From assembly GCA_963705305.1 (NCBI GenBank), contig OY970067.1, positions 3,200,001 to 3,264,000 on the forward strand: a stretch of 64,000 bases of DNA. The letters are read 5' to 3'. The position numbers were made by a program, and so were the translations under genes. The notes under the pieces are model-generated. The model had not been told where the DNA came from and did not search any database. It saw only the letters and a program-made list of their open reading frames with translations. Within the stretch, counting starts at the first letter, position 1, and every line of letters begins with the position of its first letter. This DNA comes from an uncultured Methylomirabilota bacterium. Its GTDB lineage: Bacteria; Methylomirabilota; Methylomirabilia; Methylomirabilales; 2-02-FULL-66-22. Of the stretch, positions 56,484-64,000 are shown piece by piece.

Positions 56484-56864
56484 AAGATGTCCAATAACCC
56501 TTGTGATTTTCGACAAATAAATCATACCCCTTGGCAGGGGCGAATTGCAACAACTGGGCTCTGGGAGCGCCGCGTGCGACGTGGTCGATTTCCAACGGAT
56601 TGATTATGGCCAGTTCGATCTCGAGACGGTCAATCTTCGGGAAGCGAGCTCATCCCAAGACCACCGGGTCGGAAGACGCACGTCCCCGCAAGCGTGGCGC
56701 TGCGACGGAGGTGAGGCCTAGGCAGGGGAGAGACGGGCGTGTAGTCCTGGATCTCTCCCTGTGGGATTGGGGGGCACCTGACCGTTCACTGGCCCGCCTC
56801 GGCCCTTGTGCCGAAAGGAAGAACCCGCGATGCCTCCTCCACGTCACGGGGGACAATGCCGCTG

Positions 56865-57110
56865 TCACGCGACGCGACGCTCGAGACGTTCCGCGAGCCA
56901 GACCTTGATGATGGACTGCCGGGTCACGTCCGGTCGCTTCGCCTCGCGGTCCAGGGCTTCCCACCGATCTGACCGATCACGAGCACCACGGCTCCTGCTC
57001 CGAGCGGGCCGTTCCCTCGACGCGGCGGGGGAGCATCCAGAGCGCCTGACCTCAGCGAAGTCGATCCCGTGCCGGGCCTTGTTGGGCTCGCCCTTCTGGG
57101 ATTCATGCGC
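56865..57110 (-). pseudogene. Collapsed BrnT/BrnA-like TA locus
   Basis: NKARHGIDFAE (BrnT N-terminus) joined to LDREAKR.DVTRQSIIKVWLAERL (RHH antitoxin C-terminus). Confidence 0.6.
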
Positions 57111-57684
57111 GGACTCCGGCTTGGAGCAATTATGTACCATTTCTACTCCACACCGGCAGGCCGTTCATGGCGGCTGCGCCGCTCCCAGCCGCGGTCGCCC
57201 GTCAGTCCCTCTGCGGCGGCTTCGCGGGGACCTTCCCCCGGCGGTCTCCGAGCTCGAGGGTCATCGCAAAGACCGGGGTGTCCAGGATGAAGGTTTCGGA
57301 GGTGCACGCCCGCTCGCTACCGAGAGACTTGCGGTGTGCCAAGTGCTTCGCACGAGGACGCCGAGGCTCACGTCGAACCGAACCTGAAGACTTATCGCGT
57401 GCCCGGCCACCATTCCGGGGTCGGGGAGCTCGATCTCCGACAGGATTCTATACGCTGCCAATGTCCCCATCAGTGGCTGGGATCGCCACGACAACTGGCA
57501 GGTTCACTTCCTTTCAGGAAGATCCGTGGGCTGTATGGCAATGATACTTACCGTGTCTTCGCACCACGGAATGATACGGACTGGCCCGAATGTATCGTTA
57601 CCCCAGAAATCCGGCGGTACGCAGCGTCATGTGCAGGCGGTGACCCCGTCGGATCCGGTAGGGCCGCCGACCGGGGTCGCGCGG

Positions 57685-59313
57685 CTAGGTGTTCTGGGAC
57701 CTGCGGGCTGCCTCGTCTGGGATCACCACGATCTTGCCCCACCCTGGCCCTGGGCCGTGATCCTGGTTGACGCACCAGAGGACCGGGAAGGGCGGCCGCT
57801 GCTCTGGGAATTCGGAGTGGAGATCCGTCAGCGCCACGAGCAAGTCCAGGCCCATCCGGTGGTTCTTGAACCACTCGAAGACCGGGAGGTGTGAGGTGCC
57901 CCCACCGCCCCTGATCGTCAGCCGGCGGAGGAATTCCGGCACCTCGCGGGTCTTCACCACCTGGTGGATCTGGGCGTCGCACGTGAGGATCAGGGTCTCC
58001 TCGGCCAGCGTGTACAGCTTCGCCATCTCGGCGGCAAACTCCTCCAGGAGCGGCTGCGTGGAGCCACTGCTGTCCAGGGCGATGGCCAGGAGCGCAATCG
58101 TCTCCGACCGAAAGCTCGGGCGGATGATGTCGTACTGCAGCCACCGTCGGTGGGGCGGGTTCAGGCTGAATTCCTCCTTCGCCAGCGCGGTCCCAGCGTA
58201 CTGGTGGAGCACGCGCTGCCAGGGGACCCGGGCCTCGCGGAGCTTCTGAATGAAGCGGCTGAGCCCGAGCGGCATCGACCCGCGCTGATTGGACGCGTTC
58301 CAGATCTGGTGGGCATTGATGATCTGGTCGATCAAGTCCTGCACCTGTCGCCCAGTGAGGTCCGGCGGGATGTGGACATCGGTCTGTCCGGGGCGGCAGT
58401 GGCCATTGAAGTCCGGCAGCCCGTCGCCTCCGCCCTCCTGATCCGGGCAGCCGGGATTCCCCTGTCCGTCACCCCGGCCGTCACTGGGGTTCTGGCCGTG
58501 ATCTTCGCCCTGCCGAGAGCACTGGCCTGGCCCGAAGAGGTCCCCTTGCGGGGAGTCTTTTGGGTTCCGTCCGCCCTTGGCGGCGTCGGCATTGTTCCCG
58601 TTGCCGTTCTGCGGCTGGGGGGACCCCGCGTGAGGCGGATTCTGCTCAGTGCCGTTTTGGGGCTGCGGCGTCTTGCGCGTCCCGCTTCCCCCGGCGGGAT
58701 TCTCCCCCCCGTTCTGCCTGGCCTCCGGGGTGTTCGCCTCGCCCGTCCCACCGCTGCCGTTCCGGGCTTGACGGTGCTTCTGGCCGCAGCGTGGGCAGGT
58801 CTCCGGTTCCTCGCTCTCAAGCTTGTCGTAGATCTCCTCGGCCACGAGGTTCTTGAAGGCCTCGTTATAGAGCGGGCGAAGGACCAGTCCGAGGTCCGGG
58901 ATCTCGAGGTCCGGGCGCTCGTAGAGCTTCTTGCCGTCCTTGTCGGTCAGTTCCTCGATGATGGCATTGATCGCGTAGTCGGTCGCATCGTTCCAGCGGT
59001 GGTGGTCGCGGGTGAGGCGTCGGGCGGCCGTGAGGAATACGACGTGGCCAACCTCGTGGATGAGGATGTACCCGAGCTGCTTGAGGCTGAGGTGATACGT
59101 CCAGGAGGGGTTGATCCAGATGCGCGACACGCAGTCGGTGGCGGCGAACGTCGGGATCCAGTGCGAGAGCTCGACCTGCATGGGGAGCAGGAGCGTCGCC
59201 CAGAAAGGGTGGTGCACCACGACCTGGGCGCGGAGGGTCTGGATGCGCCGGATCTCGTGGTCGAAGAGCTGCTCCGCGCTGATGGCGATCGATTTCGCGA
59301 CGGCGGTGGCCAT
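57685..59313 (-). CDS. DUF2201-like metallopeptidase plus vWA-like protein
   Basis: AATD, LIHEVGH (HExxH), WN.ATDYAIN, ALDSSGS (MIDAS), GGGGT and LTD. Confidence 0.88.
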   Translation of the reverse strand: MATAVAKSIAISAEQLFDHEIRRIQTLRAQVVVHHPFWATLLLPMQVELSHWIPTFAATDCVSRIWINPSWTYHLSLKQLGYILIHEVGHVVFLTAARRLTRDHHRWNDATDYAINAIIEELTDKDGKKLYERPDLEIPDLGLVLRPLYNEAFKNLVAEEIYDKLESEEPETCPRCGQKHRQARNGSGGTGEANTPEARQNGGENPAGGSGTRKTPQPQNGTEQNPPHAGSPQPQNGNGNNADAAKGGRNPKDSPQGDLFGPGQCSRQGEDHGQNPSDGRGDGQGNPGCPDQEGGGDGLPDFNGHCRPGQTDVHIPPDLTGRQVQDLIDQIINAHQIWNASNQRGSMPLGLSRFIQKLREARVPWQRVLHQYAGTALAKEEFSLNPPHRRWLQYDIIRPSFRSETIALLAIALDSSGSTQPLLEEFAAEMAKLYTLAEETLILTCDAQIHQVVKTREVPEFLRRLTIRGGGGTSHLPVFEWFKNHRMGLDLLVALTDLHSEFPEQRPPFPVLWCVNQDHGPGPGWGKIVVIPDEAARRSQNT

Positions 59314-59392
59314 AACGACTCCAGGGGGGTCGGGCGCCGGCAGGGCCGATCTCGCCGGGCCTCGGGTTCGCGGGAGACGATGCGCGTCTAGG

Positions 59393-60463
59393 CTACTCCG
59401 TCGCCGTCACGATCTTGGTCAGGCGGATCTTGATCGGGTCGAAGGTCTTGCTGTTCAGGATGGCCTTGAAGGCGGCCGTGTTCTCGAGGTTCTTGAGGAG
59501 CAGGATCTGGAACTCGTCCTTGAAGCCCGCGGTCGTCATCAGCTTGTACAGGTTCTGGAGCTGCTGGGCCGCGAGGGCCTTGGCGTTCCGGAGCAGGTGG
59601 CCCACGGCAAAGGTGAGCGCGTAGACGAAGGAGATGTTCTTCTCCGGATCCAGCGCCGGGATCTCCCCCCGCTGGATGATGGCGGGGACATCCACCTTTC
59701 GGTACAGCTTCAGGAACTGGAAGAACTCATTGGTCATGGAGGAGCCGACGCAGGAGGCGATGAGCGAACGCCGCTGGTCCTCGTCCACGTCCATGTTTTC
59801 GATCTTCGCGGCGTCGGCCCAGCTCCGCGGGGTGGGGTAGGCGTACTCGCCGGTCCGGCAGTAGAGCTTCGGTTCCCGGAAGGTCCCGATGAAGGCCATC
59901 ACGTCCGGGGAGAGGGCCTTGCTCGCGGCCCAGCGCAGCCACGCGTCACAGTCCACGCGCATGATGAAGTGCCGGAAGCGGTTCTGGAGGGCCGAGGACA
60001 TGGGCACCGCCAGCGCCTCGTCCTCTTCCAGGTTGCCGGCCGCCATCACCACCGTCTCGGGGTGGAAGATGAAAGGCCCCACGCGGTGCTCGAGGATGAT
60101 CTGATACGCTGCGGCCTGGTGCAGTTTCGTCACGCCGGCGTTGATCTCGTCGAGGAACAGGAAGTGGGGCTTCTCGCAGCAATCCGCCACCCAGTCAGGC
60201 GGGAACAGCTCGAGCCGCTTGGTCTCCCGGTTCGGCACGTAGACCCCCGACAGCTCCGCGGGATCCTTCTGGGCCAGCCGGATGTCCTTCATGGGCAGCT
60301 TGAACTGGACCTCGGCCAGCTCGTTCGCCAAGCTGGACTTGCCCACGCCGGGGTTACCGCGGACCAGGACGGAGGAGCCGGCCCGGAGCGACTGCCGGAC
60401 CAGCGGGAGGAGAACGGGATAGGAATAGCCTTCCGCGGCAAGGGGTGCGGCGGCACTGGCCAT
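59393..60463 (-). CDS. MoxR/dynein-related AAA+ ATPase
   Basis: GNPGVGKS, LFLDE, AAGN, ALQNRF and TPRSW. Confidence 0.9.
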   Translation of the reverse strand: MASAAAPLAAEGYSYPVLLPLVRQSLRAGSSVLVRGNPGVGKSSLANELAEVQFKLPMKDIRLAQKDPAELSGVYVPNRETKRLELFPPDWVADCCEKPHFLFLDEINAGVTKLHQAAAYQIILEHRVGPFIFHPETVVMAAGNLEEDEALAVPMSSALQNRFRHFIMRVDCDAWLRWAASKALSPDVMAFIGTFREPKLYCRTGEYAYPTPRSWADAAKIENMDVDEDQRRSLIASCVGSSMTNEFFQFLKLYRKVDVPAIIQRGEIPALDPEKNISFVYALTFAVGHLLRNAKALAAQQLQNLYKLMTTAGFKDEFQILLLKNLENTAAFKAILNSKTFDPIKIRLTKIVTATE

Positions 60464-60619
60464 CGAGACCTCCACGGTGGTGCGGGTGCGGAGCGATGAT
60501 GGCGGGGACTGGACACTCAGAGCAGGCGAGGCATCCCATTCCGGGCAGCGAGGGTGCTGGCTGAGGCGCGTCCGATCGCATCATGCGTGCCCATCACGCC
60601 ACCACGCTTCACGAGACTT

Positions 60620-61279
60620 TGCCTGCACGTGATTGGGGGGTGGGCTCCTCACGGTGGCAGTCGGCCGGCACGGCGAAAGGACAGGGTTCTGTCGAGATGG
60701 GCTTCGATGCGAAGCGGGTGACGGTCAGGCTTCGCGACCGGGAGGCCGAAGTTCTTCCCCAGGCGATGGCAGAGGGTTGGTCAGATAATAAATATAGCGG
60801 AATCGGCGCAGGGCCGCGGTGCCGTCCCGCTCGATCTCGGCCTGCACCGCGGGCCACGCCTGCTGGCGCAGGTGCTGGCGGCCAAGAGGATGGCGTCGAT
60901 TTTTCCCCGGTGGTTCAAGATGCCGAGGGCCCACTGGCTGACTCGGCCTGCACCGCGGGCCACGCCTGCTGGCGCAGGTGCTGGCGGCCAAGAGGATGGC
61001 GTCGATTTTTCCCCGGTGGTTCAAGATGCCGAGGGCCCACTGGCTGATCTCCTCTCACTCCGCCACGATTCGGGCAGCAGTGTCGAACTCGCGGAAGACC
61101 CCGCGGAGGGCCGGCCGAAGCTTCCTGCAGACGGTATTGCGCATCCCGCTGTTGACAATCACCCACTCCAGTTTGCAGAGGAACTCGGATTCGGTCACCG
61201 CGTCCATGTCGCGAGGCCGCTTCAGACTTGAGTGTGGGTAGCCCCAGCATCTGGGATCCCAGCAGTCGAGCTGACTCAT
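60620..61279 (-). pseudogene. Disrupted HhH/glycosylase-like gene
   Basis: Pieces in different frames: WVIVNSGMRN, LNHRGKIDAI and LGKNFGLPVAKPDRH. Contains an internal stop, frameshifts and a 106-bp duplication; 3' end approximate. Confidence 0.55.
60836..61047. repeat. Perfect 106-bp tandem duplication
   Basis: 60836-60941 is identical to 60942-61047. Confidence 0.95.
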
Positions 61280-61381
61280 GGTCCGATGGCATCATATGCA
61301 TCAATCATCTTGACGTTAGGTGCATGATGCATTAGCATCTTTCACAATGGTGTGGCAAGATAGGTAGAGTGGAGCAGAACC

Positions 61382-61609
61382 ATGCGAACGACAGTAGACC
61401 TGGAAGAAGATGTGCTCATGGCTGCAAAAGAACTCGCGCGACAGCAGGGGGTGCCGGTCGGCAAGGTCGTATCCGATCTCGTGCGCCAGGCGCTGACGCA
61501 TCGCCCTGCCGGCGCGACCCGGCAAGGGATTCCGCTCTTCCCGGTCCAGCCGAAAGCCGGGGTCGTCACGCCAGAATTGGTGAACCAATTGCGGGACGAC
61601 ACGCCATGA
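61382..61609 (+). CDS. vapB: VapB/CopG-type antitoxin
   Basis: MRTTVDLEEDVL RHH pattern; ATGA overlap with the toxin. Confidence 0.88.
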   Translation: MRTTVDLEEDVLMAAKELARQQGVPVGKVVSDLVRQALTHRPAGATRQGIPLFPVQPKAGVVTPELVNQLRDDTP

Positions 61610-62040
61610 GCACCCCCTATCTGTTGGACGTGAACCTCCTGTTGGCCTTGACGGATCCGATGCACCTCCACCACGACGCAGCCCATCGCTGGTTTGGCGA
61701 GACCGGGCAGACCGCCTGGGCGACCAGTCCGCTCACGGAAAATGGTTTCGTGCGGGTGGCGAGCCACCCCTCCTACCCAAATCGACCTGGGGACGTACCA
61801 GTCGTCCTGGCAATCTTGCGAGATCTCTGCGCCGCCGCCGGGCATCTCTTCTGGAGTGACGACATCAGCCTTCGCGACGTGCTCGATCCGAATGTCATTC
61901 TCACCCACGCACAGATCACCGATGCCTATCTCTTAGGACTTGCCGCACACAACGGCGGCAAACTGGCAACGCTGGATCGACACCTCCCGGTCAACCTGGT
62001 CCGCGGCGGCCAGGCCGCTCTGGAGCTCATCACCCCGTAA
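61606..62040 (+). CDS. vapC: VapC PIN toxin
   Basis: LLDVNLL, TENGFVR, TDAYLL and LATLD. Confidence 0.92.
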   Translation: MSTPYLLDVNLLLALTDPMHLHHDAAHRWFGETGQTAWATSPLTENGFVRVASHPSYPNRPGDVPVVLAILRDLCAAAGHLFWSDDISLRDVLDPNVILTHAQITDAYLLGLAAHNGGKLATLDRHLPVNLVRGGQAALELITP

Positions 62041-62111
62041 GTCCCGAACGATACGATTCTTCCCGCCTGCGTTCGACCATGCCCTGACCCACAGATTTTG
62101 AGGCCATACTC

Positions 62112-62384
62112 AATCTTAAGCTTCACGAGGTCCGTGCGGAACGCCACGTGCGCTGCGAACACCTCCTCCGTTTCGGAGACTGCCGAGAGCCCGACGTGGG
62201 TGTAACCGCTGTCCACCCCGAGGGTGATGGGTTGGGTCGCCTCCCCGGTAGCGTACATCAGCCGAATGGTGAAGGGGGTGCGGTGGACGACGGGCGCTTT
62301 CTTCTGTTTCAGGAGCACCCGCGCTTTTCGGGGGGTGGTCGGCATCAACGGCGTCCCACGCAGGTTCTGAACGAAGACTCGCAA
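62112..62384 (-). pseudogene. iscB: Truncated IscB (PLMP domain and RuvC-I only)
   Basis: AAGGAGG RBS; GTPLMPT..RKAR.LL...PFTIRL and LGVDSG. Homology ends before the Arg-rich bridge helix. Confidence 0.85.
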
Positions 62385-62389
62385 GCTTC

Positions 62390-62621
62390 GTTCCTCCTTG
62401 CGGAGTGAGGGCCGCATCGGGATTGTTATCGTAGCTTGTTCGACCGGCAGCACGGTTCCTACCTCTCAGAACGGTTTAACCACCGGCGACAGGGTGCCTG
62501 GAGCGTGCGGAAAGCCCCAGGGTGTCCTGACTGCAATAACTGCTGCTCCGGATCTGTTTGGAGCCCCCTAGTCAACCACGGCTTGGGACCAAGCCGCCGG
62601 CTTCAGCCGGGGGTGATTGAC
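62390..62621 (-). ncRNA. IscB omega-RNA scaffold / left end of element
   Basis: Begins GTCAATCACCCCGGCTGAAGCCGGCGGCTTG...GTTGACTAG, then CACCCTGGGGCTTTCCGCACGCTCCAGGCACCCTG, and lies directly upstream of iscB. Confidence 0.75.
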
Positions 62622-62702
62622 CGTTCGGGTGGTCCGGAGGTCTCCCGGAGGCGGGGTGGGCCGGGACCGGGAGCGTGTTGGGTGACCGCGCTCGCTTGCT
62701 GG

Positions 62703-63026
62703 CTAGGCCACCCCGCGTGCTGCTTCGGGGGCTTCCGGTCCGAGCGCGGCGGTGGCCTCCACCATCGCCGCTCTGTCCTGGACCGTCAGGCCCTTGGCCT
62801 GTAGGTAGGCCTGCAACTCGACCGTCCGCCCGGTCTTCATGGCGTAGGCCGCGGTCAGCACCACCTCGCAGAGCGTGGCCAGCGAGACCGCGGGGGTCTT
62901 CTTGTCTGGCCAGATCCAGCGCGTGGCTGCCGGGTTGAGAGGCTGGGCCACGGTTGCCGGGCTGACACCGAAGTGGGTGATGGCCTCGCGGCACAGGGGG
63001 TGCCGGATCGGGGTCGTGGTGTCCAT
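62703..63026 (-). CDS. Hypothetical protein (107 aa)
   Basis: AAAGGAG RBS; clean ORF between the two iscB loci. Confidence 0.6.
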   Translation of the reverse strand: MDTTTPIRHPLCREAITHFGVSPATVAQPLNPAATRWIWPDKKTPAVSLATLCEVVLTAAYAMKTGRTVELQAYLQAKGLTVQDRAAMVEATAALGPEAPEAARGVA

Positions 63027-63381
63027 GCAAGGTCTCCTTTGGGCTGGTGGGAGGGAAGGGGGTTTCAGATGCCGTCCTCACTTATGGGAGGAGGCGGGTA
63101 GCCTCGTCGGCTGGGAACGCTTCGACGGCAGGCGTCCGCGGCGGCTGAGTAATCCCACTGGTGGTCTTCGTCATGGTCAGGCACCCTCGGTGGTTGGGAC
63201 GAAAGAGATTGGGCTGGTGTCCGCTGCCACATAGAGCGGGTGGCTTTGTGGGTCTTAGATGTTGCCGGAGGTGTCGGTGTGCATTCGACGTAGTTGCCCA
63301 TTTTCCACGGTCTTGTGCGGAACGTTCATGGCGCCTTGCTTCCTTCCTGTTCGTTGCCTGTTCATGCTTTGCCGGCTCCTG

Positions 63382-64000
63382 TCACGTGTGGTGCTTAAGA
63401 AACGGTCGCCGGGCCTGGGACACCTTCCGCTTGAGCGGAGGGGGGAGGGGCGAGCAGGAATCGGGCAGTCGTTGGTAGCCGTACCCATCGGCGCGTTGGA
63501 GTAAGCGGCAGTGCCGGGAGCGGATGCCTTGGAGGGTCCCCGTGGCCGTCTGGAGGTTGAAGCTCCCGGTGGCGCGGATGGCGACGCGGCCGGTATGGAG
63601 ACCGGCATGCTTCCCCGTGGGGACCGTGGCGCGGACGAGGTCCCCCGTCCGGAAGCCGTGGACGGTTTTCGTGCGCGTGAGGTAGCCGCGGGGAAACCCG
63701 TGGGCTGTCACGCGGGTCCGCTGATGGGAGCCCCGGCCGGTGCACTGGATGACCAGGACGGGGATCTGCCAGGCGGTGACCTGGGCGAACTCGCCGGCGC
63801 AGGCCGCGTCCAGGGCGTGGCTTTTCGGGATCCCGAGGCGCGAGCGGTTCCACTTCGTCCGCCCCCCGCTAGTGACCTCCACCGGCAACTGGGTGGCCGT
63901 GAGCGTTCGCCAGATGGCCCACCGGGTGGCGTTGAGGGCTGCGGCAGCCTTGAGGGGCTGTTGGGCCTGGGCGAGGATCCGGGCGAGGCGCTCCGGCTGA
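63382..64000 (-). CDS. iscB: IscB RNA-guided endonuclease, C-terminal part (5' end outside window)
   Basis: PLKAAAALNATRW, GGRTKWNR, KSHALDAAC (RuvC-III), GFPR, FRTGDLV and LLQRADGYGY. Confidence 0.9.
   Translation of the reverse strand, partial: QPERLARILAQAQQPLKAAAALNATRWAIWRTLTATQLPVEVTSGGRTKWNRSRLGIPKSHALDAACAGEFAQVTAWQIPVLVIQCTGRGSHQRTRVTAHGFPRGYLTRTKTVHGFRTGDLVRATVPTGKHAGLHTGRVAIRATGSFNLQTATGTLQGIRSRHCRLLQRADGYGYQRLPDSCSPLPPPLKRKVSQARRPFLKHHT

Overview
GC-rich 64 kb segment of a large conjugative element (ICE or megaplasmid) with no host housekeeping genes. (1) 1-28 kb, mostly minus strand: an F-type T4SS region with traU, trbC, traF, a TPR lipoprotein, a lytic transglycosylase, a ~2,380-aa Ig/PKD-repeat surface protein, dsbC, a TraA-like pilin, traH, traG, a TraD-like coupling protein and a MOBH-like HD protein with N-terminal transmembrane helices. 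Convergent on traG is a small operon encoding a split, gene-order-permuted, membrane-anchored Cas4-like nuclease, which is the best candidate for an uncharacterised system. Diverged partial copies of the pilin and of the surface protein's last domain lie directly downstream of their parent genes. (2) 29-45 kb: cargo and IS region containing a DUF2292/OscA-like peptide, a siroheme sulfite/nitrite reductase, a Rieske/cytochrome b/nine-heme cytochrome c cluster, an IS1-family element with toxin-antitoxin passengers, a two-transposase element, IS3, a truncated PLP decarboxylase and a degenerate tRNA-Asn. (3) 45-64 kb: backbone genes including class II RNR, an Mrr_N-fused DNA methyltransferase, a DUF4326-NADAR-SLOG fusion, an AAA+/vWA pair, several intact and decayed TA loci, and two IscB loci, one truncated but retaining its omega-RNA. 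All family calls come from motif recognition by eye; no database searches were run.
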